Shown here one piece after another: positions 27,487 to 38,142 of a stretch of DNA of 64,000 nt. Each line of letters starts with the position of its first letter. Position 1 is the stretch's first letter. The notes under the pieces were generated by a model. It worked only from the letters and a program-made list of their open reading frames with translations, made no database searches and was not told the origin of the DNA. A program made the position numbers and the translations under genes. Origin of the DNA: Gammaproteobacteria bacterium (GTDB lineage Bacteria > Pseudomonadota > Gammaproteobacteria > Ga0077536); the NCBI GenBank assembly GCA_016191285.1, contig JACPPA010000057.1:977-64976 (forward strand). The letters are read 5' to 3'.

Positions 27487-28521
27487 ATGCGCCCATCCGA
27501 AATCGACCGCCTGCTGATGCCAAACACTTACGTCAAACAACTGGCGCAGGAGTTCGGCGATCACGCGCGTCTCACTGCCGGCACAGGTATCGCATCCACC
27601 GAGATCGAGCACTACGCGAAACCCGTCACCGTCGCGCAGCATCTGCAGGTCGTGCGCAACGCGTTAGCCATCGCTGAGCGCCCAGAGTGGTATCTGCAAT
27701 GGGGCCAACGCATGGGAGAACATTTTCACGGCGCCGTCAGCGCGGCCTGGCTCAGCGCGCCGACTTTAGGCGCGGGCCTCGATGCATTCCTGAAATACAT
27801 TCCAAGCCGAGTACCTTACCTGCATTGGCAAGGGCATCGCGATGACGAGACGTTCTGCGCCGAGGTCACGGAGTTGGTTGACCTCGGACCCGTACGCGCC
27901 ATGCTGATCGAGGTTCCGATGATCGTGATGCACGAGTACACGCGAACGATCCGCCCGGGTTCCATAGCCGGGGCGCGGATCGAGCTTGCCTACCGGCCGA
28001 CGCCGCACTGCTACCTCTACTCCAACTGGTTCCAGTGCCCGGTGGCGTTCGAATCGTCGCGCAATGCGCTGGTGATCCCGCACCAGTGGCGTGCGATCGA
28101 TAACGTCGGCTTCGATGAAGGAGTGTGGCAGGCAGCGCTGGCTCGCTGCGAGATTCTATGCGCGACGACGGAGGAACGAGATGCCCTCACGAGGGTTCGA
28201 CAGCTGCTGTTCGATGGCTTCGAGCGGCGGCTCAACGACGGCTCACCGCCGAGCCTGGAGACGGTCGCGGAGCGCTTGCATTGCTCGGCGCGTACCTTGA
28301 TTCGCCGACTGCGGAGTATGGATACCACTTATCAGCAGGTCATCGACGAAGTGCAGCAGCAGCGCGCACGCGAACTACTCAGCAATGAGCGGCTACGCAT
28401 CCACGAAGTCGCTGCGGCCCTGGGCTATCAAGACGCCGCGGGGTTCGTTCGTTCTTTCAAGCGCTGGTATGGTATGACGCCCGGTGATTATCGCAAGCAG
28501 ATCGTGGATCCACCGCTCTGA
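27487..28521 (+). CDS. AraC/XylS-family transcriptional regulator, divergent from the monooxygenase operon
   Basis: C-terminal double HTH (RLRIHEVAAALGYQDAAGFVRSFKRWYGMTPGDYRK); about 160-bp shared intergenic region with the alpha gene; TTGACA at 27430-27435 on the + strand. Confidence 0.85.
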   Translation: MRPSEIDRLLMPNTYVKQLAQEFGDHARLTAGTGIASTEIEHYAKPVTVAQHLQVVRNALAIAERPEWYLQWGQRMGEHFHGAVSAAWLSAPTLGAGLDAFLKYIPSRVPYLHWQGHRDDETFCAEVTELVDLGPVRAMLIEVPMIVMHEYTRTIRPGSIAGARIELAYRPTPHCYLYSNWFQCPVAFESSRNALVIPHQWRAIDNVGFDEGVWQAALARCEILCATTEERDALTRVRQLLFDGFERRLNDGSPPSLETVAERLHCSARTLIRRLRSMDTTYQQVIDEVQQQRARELLSNERLRIHEVAAALGYQDAAGFVRSFKRWYGMTPGDYRKQIVDPPL

Positions 28522-29284
28522 GTGGCGCTTCTTCAGCGTGGATTGTGAAAGGTAAGGATAACGGCCTCATATAGCGCATTCGACTAACTTCAACCACCGC
28601 TGATGCTTCGGGAGTAGCCGGTAACCGCCCGACGTACTTGACCATCCGCTAGGCGAACGTTAATGAACACAAGACTAGGCCTCCCGATCAAAGGTGCCCG
28701 CGTCATTAGCGAGCGCAGCGCGGTAATGACGCGGGCGAAAACCTGAAGCACGGCGCGACGTTGCGGAGAGATTTCGGAAGGACGCGCGAATGACGCCGTC
28801 CGTAAATATCAACGGCGTAGAAATTGAAGATCGATTTCTACGCAGCACGACTAATAGGCCGACGGCAGATGAGCGCTTAGACGCTAGGTCAAGAGCCGGT
28901 CTAGTTCGGCATAGCAAAACACGTGACGCAACGTAGAGGCATTGCGTTGATAACGCGATGAAGCGAGTCATAGTCGCGCTTTCAGCTCTGCAGATTAAGC
29001 GCTTCGTAAACTGAAGATCGCGTCGATGCGCGGGCAAATGATGAGCCAATGTGAGTCGAGATGAGTCAACAATATCCGAAGTGATACAACATGCATTTCG
29101 CTGAAATTAGAAAGAAATAACGCTGAAAATATTTCCGCTTTTCAGCGTGCAATTTTAATTTCTTGCGCTATCATTTCCATCGTTGATTTTATGCGTGGCC
29201 ACGACGCTTACTCGTGGCAAATAGGCATCATCGCGATCTAGGAATGATGCGTCAGTCGTAAGGCTGTGGTCGCTGTTCGGATGA

Positions 29285-29662
29285 ATGCTTGTCGTTCGTC
29301 CATTACCTCTCACACGTGTCAGACGGCCTGTGCTCAGGGTTCGTGCTGTTTGTTCGCGTGTTCTTCCACTCAACGGGATTTCTCCCGTTATTCCAAATGC
29401 GGTGCGTGAGCGCCGTACGCTGTTGAGTTTCTCGGGGTCAGAGTTGTTGATGCGTACCTATCACGGTCATTCGATGACGATGATGAACAACTCGGCGTGG
29501 CAGGCAGCGCGGGTGCGCGTGGGGATGACACAGGTGCGGGTTCACGATCTCAAGCACACATTCGGTCGGCGGCTACGCGCGGCCGGTGTGAGTTTCGAAG
29601 ATCGACAAGACTTGCTTAGACATAAGTCTGGACGCATTACGACACACTATTCAGCAGCGTAA
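29285..29662 (+). pseudogene. Tyrosine recombinase/phage-type integrase, C-terminal fragment only
   Basis: Last ~45 aa carry the catalytic-domain motifs VHDLKHTFGRRLRAAGVSFEDRQDLLRHKSGRITTHYSAA (H-x-x-R...Y); upstream part of the ORF has no integrase similarity; sits next to tRNA-Arg. Confidence 0.55.
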
Positions 29663-29800
29663 TTAGAGAATCTGATTGAAGCTGCAAACAAGGTGTGTGC
29701 GATGCAGTCCCGCAAAAGTCCCGCACTGGTGTTGTTGAAACAAAAAGCGGCTACCAGTGGCTTGGTAACCGCTTGATAGTTAAAAGCTAGTTGGCGCGCC

Positions 29801-29818
29801 CAGAGAGACGGATTCGCG
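29801..29818. repeat. 18-bp direct repeat of the tRNA-Arg 3' end (att-like)
   Basis: tggcgcgcccagagagac identical to 29961-29978. Confidence 0.7.
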
Positions 29819-29924
29819 TGCGCTTGTTGCGCACGCTCACCCCTTCGGGGCGCGCTGCGCGCGTCCAAACTCGCTTTGCGAGTTTGTCGAACTGGGGAGT
29901 TCTTGTTTGCGCTGGGTACTTCAA

Positions 29925-29957
29925 ATTAAGAAAACCGGGATTAACCCGGTCTTCTTA
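29925..29957 (-). terminator. Hairpin immediately 3' of tRNA-Arg
   Basis: ttaagaaaaccggg atta cccggtcttcttaa; ~14-bp stem with one mismatch, T-rich on the minus strand. Confidence 0.5.
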
Positions 29958-29960
29958 ATT

Positions 29961-30037
29961 TGGCGCGCCCAGAGAGACTCGAACTCCCGACCACCTGGTT
30001 CGAAGCCAGGTACTCTATCCAACTGAGCTATGGGCGC
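29961..30037 (-). tRNA. tRNA-Arg (anticodon read as TCG)
   Basis: 77 nt: GCGCCCATAGCTCAGTTGGATAGAGTACCTGGCTTCGAACCAGGTGGTCGGGAGTTCGAGTCTCTCTGGGCGCGCCA; 7-bp acceptor stem, GTTCGAGTC T-loop, anticodon loop CTTCGAA. Confidence 0.85.
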
Positions 30038-30475
30038 GTGCGGAGTATTCTGACGGTCGTGACGGTTGGTAAGCAACCGATCAACGAAAAGCTACCAACT
30101 GTGGATACGGAGTTGCTGCCACTGGCGCGCTGGGCGCGCGGTTCACGCGCATCGCTTCGCACGTGGGGTCTTATGGTGCGCCAATAAATGCACAACAAAC
30201 GTCAATCAAGTCGCGCTCGCACCGGAGTATCGGGATTTCCCCTGACAACGTGGGCGCCGAAGGCTAGCAGCGGCCGTCGCAAGTTGCGACAATGCGCGCG
30301 CCCTGCGGCCGCCCGATACGCGGCCGCAGGGCGGGGTTTCAGCAAAGTCTCGGCTTTTGTAATCGCTTCCTCTGCGCTACGCCATTGGGAATGACCCACC
30401 CGCGGGTTCTTAGTCGTGTCCGAGGCATCTCGCGTTGAATCCGGAAGCGCCGTCCTTGTCGATAGGAGTACAGGT

Positions 30476-32038
30476 GTGCGAATAGGCGTCCCGCAAGAAA
30501 TCCATGCTGGAGAGCGGCGTGTGGCCACTACTCCTGAGGTGGCGGCCAAGCTGCAAAAGCTTGGGTTTACCGTCGCAATTCAATCCGGCGCCGGTGTCGG
30601 CGCGGATTTCAGCGACGAAGCGTATCGCGGGGTCGGCGTCGAAATTATCGATGACGCGCGCACGCTGTGGACCGCCGACATCATTTTAAAAGTGCGCGGG
30701 CCTGAAGCGCATCCAGCACTGGGCTGCCACGAACTCGATTTAATGCGCGAGGGCGCGCTGCTCATTTCGTTTATTTGGCCCGCGCAGAACGCCGATCTGA
30801 TGGAACGACTCGCCGCGCGTCACGCCACCGCGATCGCCATGGATAGCGTGCCGCGAATTTCACGCGCACAGAAGCTCGATGCCTTGAGTTCCATGGCCAA
30901 CATCGCCGGGTACCGGGCGGTGATCGAAGCGGCGCAAAATTTTGGACGCTTTTTTACCGGGCAGGTGACGGCCGCGGGGAAGGTCCCGCCGGCCAAGGTC
31001 CTGGTCATCGGTGCTGGCGTGGCGGGGCTCGCCGCCATCGGCGCCGCGAATGGCCTGGGCGCCATCGTGCGCGCGATGGATACACGACCGGAAGTCAAAG
31101 AGCAGGTCAAGAGCCTCGGCGCCGAGTACGTCGAAGTGAATTACCAAGAAGAAGGTGGCGGTGTCGGTGGCTATGCAAAGACCATGAGCGAGGGCTATCA
31201 AAAAGCCCAGCGCGAAACCACCGCCAAGCAATGCATGGAAGTCGACGTGGTGATCACGACCGCGCTCATTCCCGGCAAGCCGGCGCCCAAGCTCATCACG
31301 GCGGGCATGGTCGAGGCGATGCAGGAAGGCAGCGTGATTGTTGATCTCGCCGCCGAGCAAGGCGGCAATTGCGAACTCACGGTTCCTGGCCAAGTGGTTA
31401 AACGACACGGCGTGTCGATCGTAGGATTTGTCGATCTGCCGAGCCGCATGGCGCGGCAGTCGAGTCAACTCTACGCCACCAACCTGTTACGCGTTCTGGA
31501 AGAGTTGTCCCCGAAAAAAGACGGCGTTGCCACCGTCAACATGGACGACGAAATGATCCGTGGCGCGACCGTGGTGAACGCGGGGATGATCACGTGGCCA
31601 CCACCGCCACTCAAAGTCTCGGTCGCATCAACGCCGGTCAATGGCGCCGCGCCGCTTGTGCCGCCGCCGCCCAAGAAACCTTGGTTGCCGGCGCGCGCAC
31701 GCACGGCGCTGTGGTGCGTGCTCGCGGGCTTTGCTTTGTATGGTCTAGGCAGCGCTGCGCCGCCGGCGTTCATGTCGCACTTCATGGTCTTCGTACTCGC
31801 GTGTTTTGTCGGGTACATGGTGATTTGGAATGTCACGCCCGCCTTGCACACGCCGTTGATGAGCGTGACCAATGCCATCAGCAGCATTATCGCCATTGGC
31901 GCCTTGATTCAGATCTCCGCACCCGGCATGTTGCTGACGCTGCTTACCGGTTTCGCGCTAATTCTCACCAGCATCAACATGGCGGGCGGCTTTGCGGTCA
32001 CGCAGCGCATGCTGCGTATGTTCCGGCGGTCGGAGTAA
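30476..32038 (+). CDS. pntA: NAD(P) transhydrogenase subunit alpha
   Basis: GTG at 30476 ([21 protein letters not shown]..., cf. E. coli MRIGIPRE) with AGGAG 7 nt upstream; dI domain plus C-terminal membrane dIIa. Confidence 0.9.
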   Translation: MRIGVPQEIHAGERRVATTPEVAAKLQKLGFTVAIQSGAGVGADFSDEAYRGVGVEIIDDARTLWTADIILKVRGPEAHPALGCHELDLMREGALLISFIWPAQNADLMERLAARHATAIAMDSVPRISRAQKLDALSSMANIAGYRAVIEAAQNFGRFFTGQVTAAGKVPPAKVLVIGAGVAGLAAIGAANGLGAIVRAMDTRPEVKEQVKSLGAEYVEVNYQEEGGGVGGYAKTMSEGYQKAQRETTAKQCMEVDVVITTALIPGKPAPKLITAGMVEAMQEGSVIVDLAAEQGGNCELTVPGQVVKRHGVSIVGFVDLPSRMARQSSQLYATNLLRVLEELSPKKDGVATVNMDDEMIRGATVVNAGMITWPPPPLKVSVASTPVNGAAPLVPPPPKKPWLPARARTALWCVLAGFALYGLGSAAPPAFMSHFMVFVLACFVGYMVIWNVTPALHTPLMSVTNAISSIIAIGALIQISAPGMLLTLLTGFALILTSINMAGGFAVTQRMLRMFRRSE

Positions 32039-32040
32039 CC

Positions 32041-33441
32041 ATGAGCGAAGGTCTAGTCACCGTCTCCTATATCGCCGCGACTATTCTTTTTATTTTGAGT
32101 CTCGGCGGGTTGAGTAATCCCGAAACGGCGCGGCGCGGAAATTTTTACGGTATGGCGGCCATGGCGCTTGCCATTCTCGCGACCGTTCTCGGACCCCAGG
32201 TCGAGACGTTATGGCCGGTCGTGACGGCGATGGCGATCGGCGGCAGCATCGGGCTTTACGCGGCGTTCAAAGTGCAGATGACCGAAATGCCCGAGCTCGT
32301 CGCGCTCATGCACAGCTTGGTGGGGTTAGCCGCGGTCCTTATTGGATTTGCGACTTACGCCGATAACTCAGTGCACCTCGCGGGCATCGAAAAGACTATC
32401 CATGAAATCGAAATCTATGTGGGAATATTGATCGGCGCGATCACGTTTTCGGGTTCGGTGATCGCATTCGGCAAATTATCGGGGCGCATCGGCGGTAAGC
32501 CATGGCTACTGCCGGGTCGGCATCTCCTCAATCTCGTCGGTCTCATCGCAGTCATCGTCGTCGGCAAGTTATTTCTCAACGTTGATTCGGGGGTCAGCGG
32601 CGCGTTTTTCTTGTTGATCATGACTGGGGTCGCGCTCGCGTTCGGCATCCACATGGTAATGGCCATCGGCGGCGCGGATATGCCAGTGGTGGTGTCAATG
32701 TTGAACAGCTATTCGGGGTGGGCGGCGTCCGCCACCGGCTTCATGCTCGGCAATGATTTGCTGATCGTTATTGGCGCGTTAGTCGGATCCTCCGGCGCCA
32801 TTCTCTCCTACATCATGTGCCGCGCGATGAATCGACATTTTTTCGCGGTCATCGCCGGTGGTTTCGGTACCGCGGGTGGTACGACGGTAAGCAGTGCCGG
32901 TCCGCAAGGCGAGGTGCAAGCGATTACGGCCGAAGAAACGGCGGAGCTTCTGCGCGGGGCTTCCAAAGTCATTTTGGTTCCTGGCTACGGCATGGCTGTC
33001 GCTCAAGCGCAGCACACGGTGTTCGAAATCACCAAACTGTTGAGAGAACGTAATATCGACGTGCATTTCGCGATTCATCCCGTCGCGGGCCGCATGCCCG
33101 GCCACATGAATGTGCTGCTGGCGGAGGCCAAGGTGCCGTACGACATCGTGGCTGAGATGGATGAAATTAATCACGATTTTCCGCAGACCGACGTGGCGAT
33201 GGTCATTGGCGCCAACGACATCGTCAATCCCGCCGCACAGGATGATCCGGGCAGTCCGATTGCGGGCATGCCGGTGTTGGAAGTGTGGAAGGCGCGGATC
33301 TCCATCGTCATGAAGCGCTCGATGGCGTCCGGCTATGCCGGCGTCGACAATCCGCTCTTCTACAAAGAAAACAATCGCATGTTGTTCGGCGATGCCAAGC
33401 AGATGTTGGAAGCCGTGCTTACGGCGTTACGCGCAAATTAA
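32041..33441 (+). CDS. pntB: NAD(P) transhydrogenase subunit beta
   Basis: [26 protein letters not shown]-terminus; 3 nt after the pntA stop; membrane dIIb + dIII. Confidence 0.9.
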   Translation: MSEGLVTVSYIAATILFILSLGGLSNPETARRGNFYGMAAMALAILATVLGPQVETLWPVVTAMAIGGSIGLYAAFKVQMTEMPELVALMHSLVGLAAVLIGFATYADNSVHLAGIEKTIHEIEIYVGILIGAITFSGSVIAFGKLSGRIGGKPWLLPGRHLLNLVGLIAVIVVGKLFLNVDSGVSGAFFLLIMTGVALAFGIHMVMAIGGADMPVVVSMLNSYSGWAASATGFMLGNDLLIVIGALVGSSGAILSYIMCRAMNRHFFAVIAGGFGTAGGTTVSSAGPQGEVQAITAEETAELLRGASKVILVPGYGMAVAQAQHTVFEITKLLRERNIDVHFAIHPVAGRMPGHMNVLLAEAKVPYDIVAEMDEINHDFPQTDVAMVIGANDIVNPAAQDDPGSPIAGMPVLEVWKARISIVMKRSMASGYAGVDNPLFYKENNRMLFGDAKQMLEAVLTALRAN

Positions 33442-33451
33442 AACGGAAGCT

Positions 33452-33510
33452 GGGGCTACTTTAGCAGCGAAATGATCGTGGCTAGGATTCGCCGCCAGAG
33501 CGGCTCCCAC
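33452..33510. repeat. REP-like palindromic element, degenerate copy
   Basis: ggggctactttagcagcgaa ... attcgccgccagagcggctcccac. Confidence 0.55.
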
Positions 33511-33558
33511 AAAAAGGGTCGCCTTTACTTTACTTGACTGTAATCCACACACGATTAA

Positions 33559-35193
33559 TTAGTGCACACTCGCGGCTTCGGCGCCAAGCCCGGTCTGCGA
33601 TCGCACGAATTGCGCGGCAAACGCCGCGCGTTCCGCGCTGGCCTGCGGACTTCGATCGAGTAGCGAGCCAACCAGGCTACCGCTGAACGACGCGGCGAGC
33701 GCAAAGAGCGTGGGATATTTGTAAGGGAAGATCGGCGCCGCGTGGTGCAACACTTCCACCCACACCGTTGGCCCGAGAATAATGCCGCCGACCGCCGTGG
33801 TGAGGCCCATGATCCCGCCCAACAACGCACCCCACGTGGTTAGATCGCGCCAGTACATCGATAAAAACAACAATGGAAAATTCACGCTTGCGCCGATCGC
33901 GAACGCGAGCTGCACCATGTACGCGACATTCTGGTGTTCGAACACCAGGCCAAGGCTTACGGCAATGACGCCGAGCACTAGCGCCGTTATTTTTGAAATC
34001 CGCACCACCTCCTGTTCAGTCGCATGCGGATTAAACACATTGGCATAGAGATCATGCGAAATCGCCGACGCGCCGGATAACGTCAACCCCGAGACCACGG
34101 CCAAGATCGTCGCGAAGCACACGGCGGACATGAAACCCAGAAAGGCATCACCGCCGATGGCGTGGGCGAGATGAATCGCCGCCATATTGGTGCCGCCGAT
34201 CATGACATTGGTCTTTGGATCGAAGTAGCCACCGTCGTGAGTCACCAAGGCCACCGCGCCGAAGCCGAGAACGAAAATAAGCAGGTAGAAGTAGCCGATA
34301 AAACCGGTGGCGAATAACACCGAACGGCGCGCGGCGGGCGCGTCCGCCACGGTGAAAAAGCGCATCAGAATGTGCGGCAATCCGGCGGTGCCGAGGAGGA
34401 GCGTGGTGCCGAGTGAAATTGCCGACACCGGATCGCGAACCAGATGGCCGGGTTCCAGGAGTTCGATGCCGCGCGGATGATTCGCTACCGCGCCGCGCAG
34501 GATCGCATCGAATGAATAATTGAAATGGCGATAAACTAAAAAGGCCAGCAAGCTACCGCCGGCAAGCAGCAAGCTGGCTTTGATGATCTGTACCCAGGTG
34601 GTCGCGATCATGCCGCCAAAGCTGACGTAGAACACCATTAGCCCGCCGATGACGCACACCGCATAGTCGTAATCGAGATGGAACAGCACTTCGACCAATT
34701 TGCCGGCGCCGACCATCTGGCCGATCAAATACAACACCACCGCGCAAAGGGAACCCGTGGCGGCCAGGCTGCGAATCGGTTTGGCTTGCAGACGCAACGA
34801 CACCGCATCGGCAAAGGTGTATTTGCCGAGATTCTTCAACCGCTCGGCGAGCAAGAAGAGCACTAGCGGCCATCCGGCGACGCCGCCTACCGCGTAGATC
34901 AGACCATCAAAGCCATGCTCGAACATCAAGGCCGAAATACCGAGAAAGGTCGCGGCGGACATGAAGTCGCCAGCGATCGCGAGTCCGTTCTGGAAGCCCG
35001 TGATCCGTCCGCCGGCGGCATAGAAGTCATGCGTGGTACGCGTGCGGCGCGCTGCCCAGAAGGTGATAGCCAACGTGATCCCAACAAAGCCGAGAAACAT
35101 CGCGACCGCCAGTTTATTAACCGCGCCGTCAGCGGCATGGGCCGCGGTCGGCAGGAGCAGTCCCGCGGCGAGCAAGCTAGCGCGTGGTCGCAC
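33559..35193 (-). CDS. actP: Cation/acetate symporter, SSF family (ActP-like)
   Basis: 544 aa; ActP-like N-terminus (signal-like segment, then [32 protein letters not shown]); 13+ TM pattern; preceded by and overlapping a DUF485 gene. Confidence 0.85.
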   Translation of the reverse strand: MRPRASLLAAGLLLPTAAHAADGAVNKLAVAMFLGFVGITLAITFWAARRTRTTHDFYAAGGRITGFQNGLAIAGDFMSAATFLGISALMFEHGFDGLIYAVGGVAGWPLVLFLLAERLKNLGKYTFADAVSLRLQAKPIRSLAATGSLCAVVLYLIGQMVGAGKLVEVLFHLDYDYAVCVIGGLMVFYVSFGGMIATTWVQIIKASLLLAGGSLLAFLVYRHFNYSFDAILRGAVANHPRGIELLEPGHLVRDPVSAISLGTTLLLGTAGLPHILMRFFTVADAPAARRSVLFATGFIGYFYLLIFVLGFGAVALVTHDGGYFDPKTNVMIGGTNMAAIHLAHAIGGDAFLGFMSAVCFATILAVVSGLTLSGASAISHDLYANVFNPHATEQEVVRISKITALVLGVIAVSLGLVFEHQNVAYMVQLAFAIGASVNFPLLFLSMYWRDLTTWGALLGGIMGLTTAVGGIILGPTVWVEVLHHAAPIFPYKYPTLFALAASFSGSLVGSLLDRSPQASAERAAFAAQFVRSQTGLGAEAASVH

Positions 35194-35521
35194 GTTGTTT
35201 TAGGCGCGCGAGGAGCACTTGATTACGCACGTCGAACTCACGATTGGCGCGCCACACGTACCAGGCGGTCAAGACAACGCTGAAGAGGATGACGGCCACC
35301 CCTGCGGCAATGCCCGTGGTGACCATGGTGTGCGCATTGAGTGGCCGAGAAAACCAAGTCGGCGCGAACGCGATCACGGAGAGGAAGCTATAAAACGCCA
35401 CGAACACGCACGCCAGAAGACCCCACGAAAAACGGCTTCGCGCGCGTTGCAGCGCATGGAATTCTGGATCGGCATCGATTAGGCGATAAAGATCATGCAT
35501 ACGGCGCGGCGCTATCGGCAC
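35177..35521 (-). CDS. DUF485 (YjcH-like) inner-membrane protein
   Basis: [26 protein letters not shown] motif; overlaps actP start by 17 nt; start codon uncertain (M1 at 35521 or M8 at 35500). Confidence 0.8.
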   Translation of the reverse strand: MPIAPRRMHDLYRLIDADPEFHALQRARSRFSWGLLACVFVAFYSFLSVIAFAPTWFSRPLNAHTMVTTGIAAGVAVILFSVVLTAWYVWRANREFDVRNQVLLARLKQRATTR

Positions 35522-35698
35522 TTAAGCTAGTGTTGCGCCGGACCTTCCGCGCCGATCCCAGTCTGCGAGCGCACGAATTGATCATCAAAAGGAATTGGCG
35601 AACACCACGCTGGCGAGCACCCACGTGAACACGCGGCGTTTACGTTCCAACGCATGAAAACCTGGATCAGGGTAGATCTTCTTATAAACGTCCTGCAT
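35522..35698 (-). other. Duplication scar: N-terminal 37 codons of a second DUF485 paralog fused to a copy of the last ~60 nt of the actP gene
   Basis: MQDVYKKIYPDPGFHALERKRRVFTWVLASVVF resembles the DUF485 N-terminus; 35528-35580 is ~85% identical to the actP 3' end at 33562-33615. Confidence 0.55.
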
Positions 35699-35700
35699 GG

Positions 35701-36864
35701 CTAGCCCCACAGTTTTTTCGACGCGAGCTTGGCGCCAGCGGCTAACGCTTCGAATTTTTTCCACACCACGGACGCCGCCACCATTTCCCAGCCAGCGAAG
35801 GTGCCGAACCCACAATCGGCGCCGGCGATGACGCGTTCGCGATCGCCCACCACGCTGACCGCCTCGAGCAGCCGATTGCAGATCACCTGGGGGTGCTCGA
35901 TGTAGTTGACGGTCGAATCGATAACGCCAGGGATCAAAATCTTGTCTTTTTTGAGCGGATGCTTCTTTAGCGCGGCGTATTCATGCTGATGGCGCGGATT
36001 CGCGAACTCAACCGAGAACGCGCCAACATTCGCTTCCATGATGATGGGGAAAATATCCTCGAGCGGCACGTCGCAATCGTGCGGGCCGTCGTAATTGCCC
36101 CAGCACACATGCAACCTGATCCGATCCGCCGGGATGTTTTCGCAGGCCTCGTTGATCGCCGCGATATGCACGGTGATCGCATCTTGGAATTGTTTCAGCG
36201 TCCCGTGCTGGAACATGCCGTGCCATTCCATCGCCAGATCAGGACAGTCGAGCTGCAGGATGTAGCCGCGACTATGAATCAGCTCATATTCTTTTTGGAG
36301 TTCGCGCGCGACCGCGCGGACATAACTTTCATGCGAATCGTAGTACCCGCCATTACGCATGGTGGTGCAGACGATCCCCGGCGAGGCGGCGGTCATAAAG
36401 GTCTCGGTGAATTCTCCCGGATGCGCCGTCAGTGCTTGGTCGAAGAGGTCGCATTCGCGACGCGCTGGCGTTAAATCTTTGTAGCGCACCGCCTCGGACG
36501 CCGCCGGTGCGTCAAAAACTTTCGACATCACCATGCCGCGATTGGCCCACACTTGGCCGAAATCCGGGTAGTCCGCGAAATCCTTGAAGGGGTCGCGTTC
36601 GCTAACGCCATTGAACCCTTCCAGGCGTTGTCCGACATACGTCTGGAAGCCGACTCGGGGTTGTTCGCCATCGTTGATGATGTCGAGGCCGCTTTCGACC
36701 TGTTTGGCGACCACGTGTTGCACACCGGCGCGCGCCAGGCGCTCGAGTTCGGCCCGGTCGATGGGGCGTTTGGCTTCGTCGGCGATCAATAGATCAGACA
36801 GCGCGCGGGCGCGCGGTAAGCTGCCGACGTGGGTAGTAAGGATGCGGTGTTCGCTGCGTTTCAT
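35701..36864 (-). CDS. Cobalamin-independent methionine synthase II (MetE C-terminal-domain-like) family protein
   Basis: ATG at 36864 with AGGAGGA SD; UROD/MetE-like fold pattern (HVGSLPR, CGFG). Confidence 0.85.
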   Translation of the reverse strand: MKRSEHRILTTHVGSLPRARALSDLLIADEAKRPIDRAELERLARAGVQHVVAKQVESGLDIINDGEQPRVGFQTYVGQRLEGFNGVSERDPFKDFADYPDFGQVWANRGMVMSKVFDAPAASEAVRYKDLTPARRECDLFDQALTAHPGEFTETFMTAASPGIVCTTMRNGGYYDSHESYVRAVARELQKEYELIHSRGYILQLDCPDLAMEWHGMFQHGTLKQFQDAITVHIAAINEACENIPADRIRLHVCWGNYDGPHDCDVPLEDIFPIIMEANVGAFSVEFANPRHQHEYAALKKHPLKKDKILIPGVIDSTVNYIEHPQVICNRLLEAVSVVGDRERVIAGADCGFGTFAGWEMVAASVVWKKFEALAAGAKLASKKLWG

Positions 36865-37127
36865 GGCAAGTGTCCTCCTCTGGTCATGCGCCTGGCATGC
36901 TCCCACGCGCCAGGCGCGCCAGGTTGTGCACTCAAGCTGTTGAAATGGGTACTTCGCATTCGGTGCGAGAGGTCCACGTGGTCAGTGCTGGGCTTAATTT
37001 TTTTGGAGAGCTGCGGCCCATTCGATCTGACGGTGATGCCCCGGCTAGTGTACACCGTACGCGCTTCCAAGCAGCCGCGATCGCACCTGCGGGCGAGCAC
37101 TTGGTTGTCTGCTGGACGAAACAGACT

Positions 37128-37197
37128 GTGGGAGCCGCTTTAGCGGCGAAAGGGGTCTCTACTCTCGATCGGGATTCACCGCTAAAGCGGCTCCCAC
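37128..37197. repeat. REP-like palindromic element, canonical copy
   Basis: gtgggagccgctttagcggcgaaa ... ttcaccgctaaagcggctcccac. Confidence 0.8.
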
Positions 37198-37209
37198 CAA
37201 GATTGAGGT

Positions 37210-38037
37210 CTAGCGTAATCGACCGACGGTGGGTTCCGGCTGAGGCAGCGTAAAGAGTACGCTGGTGCCGCCGGCGGCGCTCGATTCGATCCAGATCCGG
37301 CCCGCGTGGGTGTCGACGATCTTCTTGCAAATCGCGAGGCCCATACCGGTGCCGGGCTGTGCGCGATCACGTGTGAGCCGTTGAAAGATCATGAATACGC
37401 GTTCGTGATATTCAGGTGCGATACCGCGGCCGTTGTCTTCAACCGCGAATTGCCAGTCGCCACCGGCAGGTGTCGCGCTCAAGCGGATGCGCGGGGCGCG
37501 CTCGGCGGCGCGATAGTTAAGCGCGTTGCGAATCAGGTTGTAGACCAATTGTTTGAGCTGGCGGCGGCGACCGACCACCGTCGGCAGCGGTTCAATCCGC
37601 AGTTCTCCGCCGCAATCGACTAGCGCCGCCTGCAGCGTGGTTTCGACTTCGTGCGCGACATCGGCCATGGCCACGGTGGCGATCGATGATAAATCGTTAC
37701 AGACCCGCGAGTACTCGAGCAAATCGTTGATCAAGGCCTTCATTTGCCGCGATCCGCTGAGCGCGTAGTGCAGATATTGTTGGCCCGTGGAATCGACAAC
37801 GTCGCCATAACGACGCGCGAAAAGTTCCATAAAACTCGTCATCAAGCGCAGCGGCTCTTGCAGATCATGGGCCGCGATATAGGCGAATTGTTCGAGATCC
37901 TGATTGGCGCGGCGTAACTCGGTTGCTATCTGCGCCAGTGCCGCTTCGCGCGCCGCGCAATCGGCTTCCGTTACCACGCGCTCAGCGGAGCCGCTCTCGA
38001 TCTGCCGGACTGCACTGTCGTAGGGAAGCATGAACAC
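37210..38037 (-). CDS. Histidine kinase catalytic core (HisKA + HATPase_c) without a sensor domain or adjacent response regulator
   Basis: H-box AAHDLQEPLR; N, G1 and G2 boxes in the C-terminal half; only ~45 aa precede HisKA and the upstream space is occupied by a GST gene. Confidence 0.8.
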   Translation of the reverse strand: MFMLPYDSAVRQIESGSAERVVTEADCAAREAALAQIATELRRANQDLEQFAYIAAHDLQEPLRLMTSFMELFARRYGDVVDSTGQQYLHYALSGSRQMKALINDLLEYSRVCNDLSSIATVAMADVAHEVETTLQAALVDCGGELRIEPLPTVVGRRRQLKQLVYNLIRNALNYRAAERAPRIRLSATPAGGDWQFAVEDNGRGIAPEYHERVFMIFQRLTRDRAQPGTGMGLAICKKIVDTHAGRIWIESSAAGGTSVLFTLPQPEPTVGRLR

Positions 38038-38142
38038 GTAATCGGCACGCCGGGCGCGGAACTTGAATAGGCTTCCAAATAGCGCGCATTGTCATTACTA
38101 CACCCTGCAGAGCGCAACAATTAGCGGAATCCATCCGACAAT

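Noticed and set aside
28675-29049. 124-aa ORF in the lower-GC spacer beside the integrase fragment
   Set aside because: No homology signal, odd composition, and it sits in a degraded island remnant; probably noncoding.
36865-37127. Cobalamin riboswitch upstream of the metE-like gene
   Set aside because: The reverse-complement leader lacks a recognisable B12 box (GCCACTG) and the paired GGGAA/GGTG elements. This short MetE-C-domain family is also not consistently B12-regulated, so a covariance-model scan would be needed to say more.
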